Source: a virus
DNA length: 64,000 nucleotides
Strand: one strand, 5' to 3'
Virus record (IMG/VR): IMGVR_UViG_3300025326_000023
Coordinates: 9,659 to 73,658 of that record
Every line of letters starts with the position of its first letter. Position 1 is the stretch's first letter. Shown here piece by piece: positions 35,156-44,633 of the stretch. Both the position numbers and the translations under genes were made by a program. The notes under the pieces were generated by a model, which was not told the origin of the DNA, did not search any database, and was given only the letters and a program-made list of their open reading frames with translations.

Positions 35156-35650
35156 TCATGGCTGCCCTCCGGGAGTCAGAAGACACGTTTCCAAAGCTCG
35201 CCCCTGGTGATCGCATCCGCGCGACGCTAAGACTTCGCGGACTTTTGCAGATTCTTCCGCAGGAAGACGCACAAATAGGGTGAATCGCTTGCAACCTGGG
35301 GCGCGTTCAAACCGAATGATCGGGTCTGATGGATGCAACACGGTGGTGCCGTTGTCGAACAATGGGCATCCATGGGCGAAATCGGAAAGCAGGGCGTTGA
35401 TCGCATCTGCCATCTGCGTGAACTCACGGTCGTGGTCTGCGTTCATCTCGGCAAACGAAACGGCTAGACGATTGCCCACTGGGTGCATGTCGTCCTTGAC
35501 AACTTCATAGTGGACCGACGGCACGTCCGAAAAGGTGTTTTCGCCAGACGATCCAGATCCCGACTGCATGTGTCGCGCCGCGACATGGGGACACGGGTCG
35601 TTGCGGAAGTGATAAGTTGCGCAGTGCGGACAGTGGATCATGTCGCCCAT
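35156..35650 (-). CDS. Hypothetical protein with N-terminal Cys motif
   Basis: MGDMIHCPHC; GGAGG RBS. Confidence 0.5.
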   Translation of the reverse strand: MGDMIHCPHCATYHFRNDPCPHVAARHMQSGSGSSGENTFSDVPSVHYEVVKDDMHPVGNRLAVSFAEMNADHDREFTQMADAINALLSDFAHGCPLFDNGTTVLHPSDPIIRFERAPGCKRFTLFVRLPAEESAKVREVLASRGCDHQGRALETCLLTPGGQP

Positions 35651-35661
35651 CTCTCGGCCTC

Positions 35662-36267
35662 CTATGGTTGCGGTGGATCCAATTTCAAATCGTAGCCGAA
35701 CCGGTGGGCGTCGGGCCAGGCCCAGGCGCAGGCGGCGGCGTAGGGGACCGGGTAGTCGCCGCACAGTTGCTGCCAGGGCGGATGCGGTTTGGGGTAGGGC
35801 GGCGGCAGCGTCACGGTGTCCTGCAGCAGCGATTCCAGGTCGGCCTGGAGAACCTCGAACCGCACCAGCACGTCGATGCGCTGCGACCAGCCCAGCAAGC
35901 GGGTGATGGTGTAGCGATAGAGCCAACTGAGCATGTCGTCGCGGTCCTGGGCCACCGCCAGCGCGAAACCGACGAACGAGAGGAGATCGGAGACGGCATC
36001 TGGCTCATGTTGGCTATGCCACCAGAGCCAATGGCGCCAGAGTCCGGTGAGGCGGTCCAGCGGATGGCGGACCACCAGGGCCAACTTGAAGTCCTGGAAC
36101 TCGCTGGCCAGCCGGCAGCCGTGGTGGTCGTAGTTCTGGCCGTCGGGGCTGGGGGTCCAAACGGTCTGGCCGCCGTAGCGGTCCCCGCACAGCGCCTGGT
36201 GGATGTGGCGGCTGGCGGTGTGAGGCGGCGTGGCCAGCACCAGTTTGCGGGACGGGAAAACAATCAT
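35662..36267 (-). CDS. Sulfotransferase family 2-like protein (divergent)
   Basis: TPPHTASRHI (degenerate PKTAS), VVRHPLDRL, VRFEVLQADL. Confidence 0.7.
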   Translation of the reverse strand: MIVFPSRKLVLATPPHTASRHIHQALCGDRYGGQTVWTPSPDGQNYDHHGCRLASEFQDFKLALVVRHPLDRLTGLWRHWLWWHSQHEPDAVSDLLSFVGFALAVAQDRDDMLSWLYRYTITRLLGWSQRIDVLVRFEVLQADLESLLQDTVTLPPPYPKPHPPWQQLCGDYPVPYAAACAWAWPDAHRFGYDLKLDPPQP

Positions 36268-36282
36268 GGCCTCCTGCCTCCT

Positions 36283-36412
36283 CAATGACGAAATCCCAAT
36301 GACGAATGTCTAAAGAATTCCTAAACCTCAATGACGAAAGCGGTTTCGTCATTCGCCATTCGTCATTCGTCATTCGTCATTCCTTAGACATTAGGATTTC
36401 GTCATTCGTCTT
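36283..36412. repeat. Heptamer inverted-repeat element (long copy)
   Basis: aatgacgaaatcccaatgacgaatgtctaa...ttcgtcattcgccattcgtcattcgtcattcgtcattccttagacattaggatttcgtcatt. Confidence 0.9.
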
Positions 36413-36413
36413 C

Positions 36414-37727
36414 TCACCGGTACCAGACTTTGGCGGCGCCGGGGCAGATGACTATCTTGCCGGTCTGCCGGTGGATCTGCTCGGCCAGCGCCGGGGACGA
36501 CTCGAACATCACGCCGCAGCCCGAGCGGGCGAACTCCTGGGCCTTCCAGCCGGCCACATCGGTGCGCTGCTGGGCGGTGTCGGCCGGGTACATGGTGAGC
36601 CGGGCATAATTGATTCGCCAGCGGGCGAGCCACAGTTCCGTTTCGTGACGATGGGATTGTACACGAGAAGTGAGGATCAAGGCAAGAGGGTATGCGCGCA
36701 CGGGGTAGCGGATGCGGGCGGCGGGGAGCCATTGGCGGTAGAGGTCCGGCTGATCGGTTTCCGAGACCAGGGGTTCTTCGCAGATTACGCCGTCCAGGTC
36801 CGAGCAGGCTCCGCCGGCGAACTGCATCATGTGGCAGGCGCCTTTGAGGCAGGAGTTGTTGAAGATATTCCACTCCAGGATATGGGGGCCTGGGACGTGG
36901 ACTCCGTAGAGGTCCACGTGGCCGGGGTTGCGGCAGTAGACGGCGCAGCGCACCACCTGGTACTGTTTGAGCAGCGGGGCGGCGTGCCGCATGGCGATGC
37001 CGGAGAAGGTCGTGTCGTCCACCAGGGCCACTTTGTTTAGCGCGGTGGGCAGGGTCGCTTTGCGGCTGCCGGATCCCACGTCCACCAGGCCGCGGGCGAA
37101 GTCCAAACTGTAGAGGGGCAGGTGCAGCGTGGCGGCGATCTGGGCGGCGGGGATCAGGCCGCTGCGGGGGATGCCGATCACGGCCGAGAGGTCGGCGGGC
37201 AACTGGGCGATCAGGCGGGCGGTGTCGCGGGCCAGGTCGGCGGTGGTGATGAAATGCAGTTCGCGTTCGGGCCAGCGCGGCGGGGCGGGCCAGAGCGGCG
37301 GGGGCGTGGCCGGAGCGGGCGGGCGACGGTGCGGGCAGAACCAGCAGACGGGCAGGTCCAGGGCGGTCAGGCCGGTTTCGGGCGCGTCGCGGCGCGGCCG
37401 GTAGGATTCGGAACTGCGCGAGCCATTCGGGAAGAGCAGGTGGTTGGGGCCGGCCTTGGACGGCATTTTCACCACGCACTTGCCACTGGGCACCTGGGGG
37501 CTGGCGCAGGCGAAGACGGACGCGGCGCCCTGGCAGCCGCAATCCAGCTTGGCCAGCGCTTCGCCAGCGCGGTCCAGGCATTCCAGGTCCAAGGGATTGG
37601 GCAGGTCTCGCCGCGCGGAGCGGCCTGGCGTACTGGCGCGGGCTGGCCGTGGGGCATGGCCCAGGGCATCGTGGGGGATCGGGATGCCGCGTTGGCGGCG
37701 GCGTTCGGCCCATTCGGCGCGGCCCAT
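36414..37727 (-). CDS. PRTase-HAD fusion with Cys-rich N-terminus (paralog of 16050-17129)
   Basis: VIGIPRSGL, LVDDTTFSG, SDLDG, MFES, GK.VICP. Confidence 0.8.
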   Translation of the reverse strand: MGRAEWAERRRQRGIPIPHDALGHAPRPARASTPGRSARRDLPNPLDLECLDRAGEALAKLDCGCQGAASVFACASPQVPSGKCVVKMPSKAGPNHLLFPNGSRSSESYRPRRDAPETGLTALDLPVCWFCPHRRPPAPATPPPLWPAPPRWPERELHFITTADLARDTARLIAQLPADLSAVIGIPRSGLIPAAQIAATLHLPLYSLDFARGLVDVGSGSRKATLPTALNKVALVDDTTFSGIAMRHAAPLLKQYQVVRCAVYCRNPGHVDLYGVHVPGPHILEWNIFNNSCLKGACHMMQFAGGACSDLDGVICEEPLVSETDQPDLYRQWLPAARIRYPVRAYPLALILTSRVQSHRHETELWLARWRINYARLTMYPADTAQQRTDVAGWKAQEFARSGCGVMFESSPALAEQIHRQTGKIVICPGAAKVWYR

Positions 37728-37775
37728 TTCGTCATTCCTTAGACATTGCGCACTTCGGCCTTCGTCATGCGGAGT

Positions 37776-39311
37776 TTACGTCCCGGCCGGGCAATCGGTG
37801 CCGGTCACCAGCGTCTGATCCCATTCGGTGCCCAGGCAGAGCACGCAGACGGCCTTGAAGGTGCCGGCCAGGTTGGTGCTCTGCTGGTAGACGTCGATCA
37901 GGACATCCTCGCATTCGGCGTTGAGGATGGTGGTCCAGTCGGCGGTGACGCACTGGCCGAGCACGCAGGCGGTGCCGCGTTTATACTGCACGGAGCAGCC
38001 GGTGATGCCGCCGCTGCCGTCCGTGCTTTCCGTGACCCGCACGTCGGACACGAAGGTGCAATCCGTGAGCGTGATGATGGTCTCCTGTTCGGCGGAGTCG
38101 CAGATCCCGCCCCCGCAGCCCTGCAGGGCCACTTGTTTGACCACCAGGGCCCAGATCGTGCAGTCGCTCTGGCCCACATTCATCAGCAGGCGGCTGACCA
38201 GATGGTGCTGGACCTGGACGATCTCCCACTGCCGTTCGGTTTCGTTCCAGGCCAATTCCACCCGGTCGTTGACGCAGCCGGCCAGCCGGTTGGGGTTATC
38301 GACGACGGTGGGTTGGGGGCTGATCTCCCAGGTACACACGTCCAGGGCCACGGTGTCGCGGATCTCGGCGGTTTCCTCGCTGCACAGTTTCGTGCGCAGG
38401 TAGGCTTCGGCGCGCATGGCGCGGGGGGCCACGGGCACCTTGAAGACGCATTCGCCCGGCATGGCCACGGCCATCACATCTTCCTGTTCGACATCAACCG
38501 CCAGGGCCCGGTTGGCCAGGTTGCAGAACGTCAGGTAGCAGATGGTGGCGACCGGATCGCAATCGGGTTGGAGCGGGTCGACGTTTCGCAGCAGCACCAG
38601 GCCGCTGCCGGTCTCGCCGCAGTCGACGGTTTCATAGACGCGGACCCGGCGGGTCAGGCCGTAGGGCACGGCGGGGATCCAGGCGTTGTAGTCGCAGTTG
38701 TCGCGTTCCACGAGGAAGATTTCATCCACGACGGCGAACAGCCAGCAGAGCGGGTCGCTGACCCAGATCAGGCCCCGGTCGGGGTCGTCCTGGTGGGTCT
38801 CGCCGGGACTGCGGTGCTGGGGCTGGACGTAGCCGCCCTGGCCCAGCGGGATGCACATGGTAGCCCGCACCCAGAAGCGCTGGGAGCAGTTGTCGTAGCG
38901 GGTCACCCGTTCGGTCTGGGAGAGGGCGTCGTAGTCGCCGTCGGCGATGAAGCCGCAGAGCCGCGGCCAGAGGTAGAACGAGCCGGCCATGATCCCCAGG
39001 GGCAGCCCGGCGGCCACGGGGTAAGCCACCAGGGCCAGCATGGGCGAATCCTTGGTGCCCGGCTTGCCGTAATCGCCCGACGGGATCGGGCAGGGGCCGT
39101 TGATGACCCAGGCGCAGGGCTCGTTCTGGAGCGGCACGCTGACGTGCAGCACGGTGCGGCCGTCCTGGGGTGTCTGAACGCCGTCCTTTTCGGGGCGTTC
39201 GGAGTCCAGCACCTGGCAGGCGCCGAAGGCCGGGATGGTCTCGCTACCGACGTTTTTCAGTTCGATCCAGCGCTGTTGGCGGGCCGGGGCGCGAGGATCT
39301 TGGGGGATCAT
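37776..39311 (-). CDS. Cys-rich putative tail/baseplate protein
   Basis: 511 aa, beta-rich, many Cys, located in the tail module. Confidence 0.5.
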   Translation of the reverse strand: MIPQDPRAPARQQRWIELKNVGSETIPAFGACQVLDSERPEKDGVQTPQDGRTVLHVSVPLQNEPCAWVINGPCPIPSGDYGKPGTKDSPMLALVAYPVAAGLPLGIMAGSFYLWPRLCGFIADGDYDALSQTERVTRYDNCSQRFWVRATMCIPLGQGGYVQPQHRSPGETHQDDPDRGLIWVSDPLCWLFAVVDEIFLVERDNCDYNAWIPAVPYGLTRRVRVYETVDCGETGSGLVLLRNVDPLQPDCDPVATICYLTFCNLANRALAVDVEQEDVMAVAMPGECVFKVPVAPRAMRAEAYLRTKLCSEETAEIRDTVALDVCTWEISPQPTVVDNPNRLAGCVNDRVELAWNETERQWEIVQVQHHLVSRLLMNVGQSDCTIWALVVKQVALQGCGGGICDSAEQETIITLTDCTFVSDVRVTESTDGSGGITGCSVQYKRGTACVLGQCVTADWTTILNAECEDVLIDVYQQSTNLAGTFKAVCVLCLGTEWDQTLVTGTDCPAGT

Positions 39312-39319
39312 GGTTGGTC

Positions 39320-40810
39320 CTAGCGGGTGGGGGTGTAGTGGTGCGTGCCGCGGGTGATGGGGGGCAGTCCGCGGCCCAGCCGGTAGCGCAGCCAGGCGAT
39401 GTTGCCGGTGAGGGCCATCGGCAGGGTGCCGCTGTAGATGATATCGGCCGTTTCGGCGATCTTATCCCAATGGTCTTTCCAGGCGTCCAGGTAGATATCG
39501 GCTTCTTCTTTAATGGTTTCTGTATTTGTGCGTACTTCGCCGGCTTTGCAGCCGACATAGGGCGTGATCTTGTACTCCCAGAGTTCGGGGTGGACCATTT
39601 CCTGCTCGCCGCCGCCCACCATCCGCTCGCGGCTGAAGGTTTTGCGGACCCAGGCCCCGTTCGGTTCGCGCAGCCGGAAGCCGGTGAACAGGTGCAGCGT
39701 GGGGGAACCGGCGCAGGGGGCCAGCCGGAAGACCGGGTAATCGAAGACAATCATCCGGTTCTCTTTGTCGATCGTGAAGTTGCCGGGCAAGTCGATGCAC
39801 TCGCTGGTGTTATAGGGATGATCGCCGTAGGGCCAGTATTCGGCCCGCACGAAGGCGGGCTGCAGACCGGGGGGCGTATCGGCGGTGCCCGGCTCTTTCA
39901 GCTCTACCAGGTAGTCGTCCAGTTCGTACTGCCAGAGGCTGGAGACGCCGCCGTAGCCGGAGACGTTGCCGGGCACGACCTGGAAACAGCGGAAGACGGT
40001 GCGGGCGGCCAGGTGCCGCTTGTCGGGATCGACGTGGGCGAAGAAAAACGGATGCTCGTTTTCCCAGCCGCCGCTGGGCGTGTAGCTCAGGTAGGGGATC
40101 GACTTCCACTGGCCGTCGCTGTCCAGGCCGACCGGGTTCAGCAGCAGCTTGTCCTGGAACCAGGTCGGGCCGCAGGCCAGCACCAGGCGGCTGGGCCCGC
40201 GTTCGGCGGTGAGGCGGTAATCGGGCACCGTGCCGTGCAGGATGGTGGGGTCGGGCAGTTCGTCGCCCTGCCCGGTCTGGTAGATCTTGTAGCTGTCGTC
40301 GGCGGCCCGGCAGACGTGGGCGGGGTAGAGGGCGCACAGTTGCTCGAAGGCTTCCACCACCGGCGTCTCGTCCCAGTCGGCGGACGGATAGACGTCGGCC
40401 TGGAGGTAGTTGCTGTCGGGCTCGCCGACTTCTTGGAGCAGGATATTGAACAGTTCCTGCAGGGTCTGCTGGCTGGACGGCTCGATGGTATTGTCGCGCA
40501 GGCGGTGGTTGTAGCGGCCCGAGACGGTCATCCGTTCCCAGGTTTTGCGGCGGTCCCAGAGCAGCACCGAGTATTCGCGGTGGTCGCTGACGGTGTACTC
40601 GGTGCGGATGGTGGAGAGGTCCGGGACGCAGCCGCCGAAGCGGACGGGCTGGGAGTTGGACTGCAGTTCCAGCAGGCCGGGCAGGAGCTGGAAGCTGGCC
40701 GCACGGGGCAGGCGCAGCCGGCAAGTGCCGGGGCGGGGGCCGCGGGGCACGATCATGTCGACCCCCACCACGGGCAGGCCGGCGTAGTTGACGATTTGGG
40801 GGAACGTCAT
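39320..40810 (-). CDS. Putative tail hub/baseplate protein
   Basis: 496 aa; position and composition only. Confidence 0.5.
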   Translation of the reverse strand: MTFPQIVNYAGLPVVGVDMIVPRGPRPGTCRLRLPRAASFQLLPGLLELQSNSQPVRFGGCVPDLSTIRTEYTVSDHREYSVLLWDRRKTWERMTVSGRYNHRLRDNTIEPSSQQTLQELFNILLQEVGEPDSNYLQADVYPSADWDETPVVEAFEQLCALYPAHVCRAADDSYKIYQTGQGDELPDPTILHGTVPDYRLTAERGPSRLVLACGPTWFQDKLLLNPVGLDSDGQWKSIPYLSYTPSGGWENEHPFFFAHVDPDKRHLAARTVFRCFQVVPGNVSGYGGVSSLWQYELDDYLVELKEPGTADTPPGLQPAFVRAEYWPYGDHPYNTSECIDLPGNFTIDKENRMIVFDYPVFRLAPCAGSPTLHLFTGFRLREPNGAWVRKTFSRERMVGGGEQEMVHPELWEYKITPYVGCKAGEVRTNTETIKEEADIYLDAWKDHWDKIAETADIIYSGTLPMALTGNIAWLRYRLGRGLPPITRGTHHYTPTR

Positions 40811-40834
40811 TTGTCAGCAAGCGAGCGAAAACGA

Positions 40835-40937
40835 GGAATGAAGAATGAGGAATTAAGAATGAACAATGACGAACTTCTTTCGTCCTTCGTCATTCTTCAT
40901 TCTTTCGTCATTGGGATTTCGTCATTCGTCATTTCTC
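40835..40937. repeat. Heptamer inverted-repeat element (both subtypes joined)
   Basis: gaatgaagaatgaggaattaagaatgaacaatgacgaac...ttcgtcattgggatttcgtcattcgtcatt. Confidence 0.85.
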
Positions 40938-41574
40938 ATCCCTTGATGTCGGCCAGCACGTAGCAGTCGTTGACCTGGCCGATCACGGCCGTTGCGCCGG
41001 CGGCGTCATTGATGGTGAGGTTGATGCGGATCTGCAGCTTGGACCCCGCCACCAGGGAGCCGGCGTTCAGGGTAAACGTTTTGGCAGCCGCGGTCAGCGA
41101 GTTGATGGTCGTCGCGCCGGTCGAGCAGATGTCGGCACTGACCGTGCCGTCGCCGTCGTCCGGGTAGGCCTCGACGTCGATGGTGGCCGTGGTATCCGCC
41201 ACGGTGGTGACCATCTTGCAGTTCAGCACGATCTGCACGGTTTCGGCGGCCACGTACTCTTCGGGCAGCCGGAACGTGGTCAGGGCATAGTGGGCCGTGG
41301 CCCCGCCGTTGGATTTGGAGTCGATGGTCTGCAGTCGCAGGGAGTCGGTGCCGACGCTGCCTCGCACCAAGCCCAGCTTGCTGGAGGCGGCCGTGCCGAC
41401 CATGGCCGGGGTGGCCTCGTCGGTGCGGAAGAGTTGCAGGGGCAGGTCGTATTTGGCCAGGTCGTCCTGGGTCAGCGCGGCCCGCGGCCAGGAGCCGCTG
41501 TAGGAGGTGGGGATGGCCAGGGTGCCACAGGTCAGGGTTCCGGCGGTAGTCAGGGATTCGGTTAAACTTGCCAT
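40936..41574 (-). CDS. T/A-rich virion structural protein
   Basis: 212 aa, beta-rich, AGGAG RBS. Confidence 0.55.
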   Translation of the reverse strand: MASLTESLTTAGTLTCGTLAIPTSYSGSWPRAALTQDDLAKYDLPLQLFRTDEATPAMVGTAASSKLGLVRGSVGTDSLRLQTIDSKSNGGATAHYALTTFRLPEEYVAAETVQIVLNCKMVTTVADTTATIDVEAYPDDGDGTVSADICSTGATTINSLTAAAKTFTLNAGSLVAGSKLQIRINLTINDAAGATAVIGQVNDCYVLADIKG

Positions 41575-41601
41575 AAGGGTAACTCCTGTGCGGAGGGATT
41601 G

Positions 41602-43407
41602 TCAGGAAAGGGGATCGGTTGTTCTGTTGATAGCGTAACCAAAGTCGCGTTTGAGTTGTTCCAAGGCGCCGGGAACGCCTGCCAGCGCTCGCTTCCGCGT
41701 AAACGCCTCGGTGCCCCAGGTAGCAAACAATCGCGCTGCGATGAGTGATTTTTCGTCCGCCGAAATAGCAGGATTTGTCAGCGTATTGACATCCGACATG
41801 GCGGCGCTGAGGGCTTTGCTTGGCCTGCCCTGGTAGGCATATCTGACTCGCGCCATGGCGTCCATCAGCAAGGATTGCCCTTGGGGCGTTTCCATCAACT
41901 GCCGGCCGGTCATCGGGCGGGGAGGATTCGCGGCCAGCAACTGGGCCGCCTCTTGCTTGGTTTGCGCGATCAGCGAGACAACCTCCGGGGACTGCATCAG
42001 CTTCCTTTTGGGAAGAGGTATCCCGCCGCTCTGATCGCGCCAGAGGGCCTGAGCGGTGGCAGGCAATTTCGCGAGTCCCCGGCGGCGCAGGGCCATGCCG
42101 ACGGGCAGGCCGACGCCGCCGGCCAACAGCAGGGCGCCCAAGGCGCGTTGCCGGTTGCCCTCTTCGCCCTCCGGGGCGGTGCCCGCGAGGGTGGCGCCGA
42201 GCGGGGCGGGCAGTAACGATAGCAAGGGTTGGCCTTTGGTTTGGACGTCGCGTTTCAGAGCGTCGGGAATCTTGAATCCCCAGACGCGGGAGCTGTAACC
42301 TTGCTCTTTGGATCCTTCGCGGATGAGTATCTTGCGGCTTTCGGCGATCTCAGCGGGCGCGCGACCGGCTGGATTTCGCGCCAGTGTCCGCAGATCTCGC
42401 CGCGTCTGTTCGCCCATGGCGCTGGGCAGCGGTTCGATTGGAAATTCGCTGAACACACGGCCTTCTACATCTCGGGTTCCGGCGTGATATCCGAGCAGCT
42501 TTCTGAAGCCGCCACGCCGCAACGTTTCCAGGTCGATTTTGCCTTTCTGGTAGGCGTCCAGCAGTTGCTGCTTGGTGATTTCCGGGGCGTTCGCGAATTG
42601 CTTGCCGAGCACCCATTCGATTTCCTGGGGATGGGCCTTGCCTTGCAGATAGTCCAGCAATTCATCGTGGGGGGTCTGGCCGGGCCGAGTGACTTTACGG
42701 AACTCCTGCTGGGGGATGTCCTTGATCACTTCGCCGGTTTCCCGGTTGGTGATAGTTTTGGCTGGAATGATTTTGGTAGTCGCCACTTCGGGCCGTCCGG
42801 CAAAACGTTCTGGGGCGTTTTGCAAAGCCCGTTCGAGGCGGCTATAGAAAGCCGGTGGCGGCTGCGTTCCGGTGGCGGCCGAGGCGGGCGGGCGTGGGCC
42901 TCCTGGTAGCGGCACTTGCAGCGTGCCGGCCTCTTCGCGCACGACTCGTTTCAGGCTGGGCGCCAGGGCGCGGGCGCCGGCGGCGGCGCCGCGGGCCAGG
43001 CCGGGCAGGGCCGGCAGCAGGGGGGCGGCCATCAGGCCGTAGCCCAGCCCGCGCAAGGCGGGCGACAGGTCGTCCTCGCCGGCCAGCGCCGCGCCGGCGG
43101 TGCCCAAGCCGGCCGCCGTGCCCACGGCAGCGGCGGTTTTGGCGACGGGGGCCAGGCGGGCGGCCAGCGACAGGCCCTTGGCCCCGCCCGAAATCGCACG
43201 GGAGGCGGGGCCTACGAAGGGGAGCCAAGTCAGGGGATCGGTGGCCATGGCCACAGCCGTGTTGCCCAGGAAGCCCAGGTCGCGGCCGGCGAGTTCTTGG
43301 GGCGAGACGCGCTGGCCGGGGCGCCCTTTGAGCAGGCCCCGGAACAGCGCGCCGGGAGTGTCTACCGCGTAGCCCAGGCCGCTGAGGAGATCTTCGAGCA
43401 ATGGCAT
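41602..43407 (-). CDS. Putative ejection/internal virion protein
   Basis: N-terminus resembles that of 5720-10552 (PGA..G.L.G...DPLTW); FYSRLE motif; G/A/L-rich segments. Confidence 0.5.
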   Translation of the reverse strand: MPLLEDLLSGLGYAVDTPGALFRGLLKGRPGQRVSPQELAGRDLGFLGNTAVAMATDPLTWLPFVGPASRAISGGAKGLSLAARLAPVAKTAAAVGTAAGLGTAGAALAGEDDLSPALRGLGYGLMAAPLLPALPGLARGAAAGARALAPSLKRVVREEAGTLQVPLPGGPRPPASAATGTQPPPAFYSRLERALQNAPERFAGRPEVATTKIIPAKTITNRETGEVIKDIPQQEFRKVTRPGQTPHDELLDYLQGKAHPQEIEWVLGKQFANAPEITKQQLLDAYQKGKIDLETLRRGGFRKLLGYHAGTRDVEGRVFSEFPIEPLPSAMGEQTRRDLRTLARNPAGRAPAEIAESRKILIREGSKEQGYSSRVWGFKIPDALKRDVQTKGQPLLSLLPAPLGATLAGTAPEGEEGNRQRALGALLLAGGVGLPVGMALRRRGLAKLPATAQALWRDQSGGIPLPKRKLMQSPEVVSLIAQTKQEAAQLLAANPPRPMTGRQLMETPQGQSLLMDAMARVRYAYQGRPSKALSAAMSDVNTLTNPAISADEKSLIAARLFATWGTEAFTRKRALAGVPGALEQLKRDFGYAINRTTDPLS

Positions 43408-43493
43408 GGCAGGAAGCTCCGAGGTCAGGAATGACGGAATTCCAATGGCGAATGACTAAAGAAGGCCGAAGCATACATCCGTGACCACCGTGC

Positions 43494-43865
43494 TCAACTT
43501 TCTGCCGCGTTGCCCCACCCCAGGGCCGGTTGCGGCGGCAGAGGACCCAGGAACATGGAGCCAGGCGCCAATTCGTAAACCGGGGCATCTGGGTCTGGAG
43601 GAACATTGAAAATGTTCTCGAAGGTTACCTTCCGCGTCTTCGCGTCATACACCAGAAAAAACCCCCATTCCCATTCTGCGAGCCCGTCGTCCGCCTTCCA
43701 CGCAAGACCCGGGACCCCTGGCACCGGCGGGTCGAGCTGCACGCCAGAACCAGCGGGTGCGCGCGACTCTGGCTCCGAACCAGGCGTTGTGCCGGAGTCG
43801 CAGTCCGGTTGACCGTTTTCGTCCTTCGTCATTCGACATTCCTTAGACATTGGGTGTTTAGACAT
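43494..43865 (-). CDS. Hypothetical protein flanked by heptamer repeats
   Basis: ORF between two repeat elements; start uncertain. Confidence 0.4.
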   Translation of the reverse strand: MSKHPMSKECRMTKDENGQPDCDSGTTPGSEPESRAPAGSGVQLDPPVPGVPGLAWKADDGLAEWEWGFFLVYDAKTRKVTFENIFNVPPDPDAPVYELAPGSMFLGPLPPQPALGWGNAAES

Positions 43866-43874
43866 TCGTCATTC

Positions 43875-44633
43875 TTACGGTGGCGTCAGTAGCCAGGGGA
43901 TAGGCGACTCGAACACGTATTCCCATTCCCAGGGGTAGTAAGCGCCCTGGACCGCGACGGGGCTGCCCCAGACCCAGTTGGTCCAGCGTTTCGGTTTGCC
44001 GGGGATATCCACGCGCCGTTCCATGTGTTCGTACTGGGAGGGCAGGATGGGCACGGCGCCGGCCAGGTAGTAGCCGGCGAAGCCGATCGAGGCGCCCGAC
44101 TGGATGATCCACTGGGTGCTGGCCGGGTAGACGGAGTAGAAGAGCGTGTTGACCAGCGTCTTGTGCGAGACCCACTGGGGCCCGCAGTTGCCCACGTGGC
44201 GGATGGTTTCGGTATAGGCCACGATCTGGGATTCGGGATCCGCCACAATCGACTCCAGCACGACCTGGATATCCCGTTTGGTGACGTACTCTTCCCGCTC
44301 GCCGGTGGGCATGATCGGGCCCTTGGCGATGTAGGGGGGGACGATCACGTTCGGGCCGCTGGCGGGCATGTAGTTTTTGGTGGTGGTGCCGTCGGGGCAG
44401 AACAGGCCGAATTCGCGGCCGTTGAAAGCGTAGGCGTCGCAGATGGCTTTCTCGCGGGCCTTGATCTCTTCCCAGTCTTCGCCCAGGGCCCGGATCAGCA
44501 ATTCGGCGCGCAGCACGGAGTAGTCGCGGGCGCCCCGGTCGGTCATGTGCGGCAGCTTCTCGAACGAGAAGCCGATCACCTCACCGTCCAGGTGCTGGAA
44601 CGAGCCGTATTTGTAGACCATCAAGTCGGGCAT
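43875..44633 (-). CDS. Putative tail protein (MPDLMVYKYG...)
   Basis: TGATG coupling with the upstream gene; located in the tail module. Confidence 0.6.
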   Translation of the reverse strand: MPDLMVYKYGSFQHLDGEVIGFSFEKLPHMTDRGARDYSVLRAELLIRALGEDWEEIKAREKAICDAYAFNGREFGLFCPDGTTTKNYMPASGPNVIVPPYIAKGPIMPTGEREEYVTKRDIQVVLESIVADPESQIVAYTETIRHVGNCGPQWVSHKTLVNTLFYSVYPASTQWIIQSGASIGFAGYYLAGAVPILPSQYEHMERRVDIPGKPKRWTNWVWGSPVAVQGAYYPWEWEYVFESPIPWLLTPP

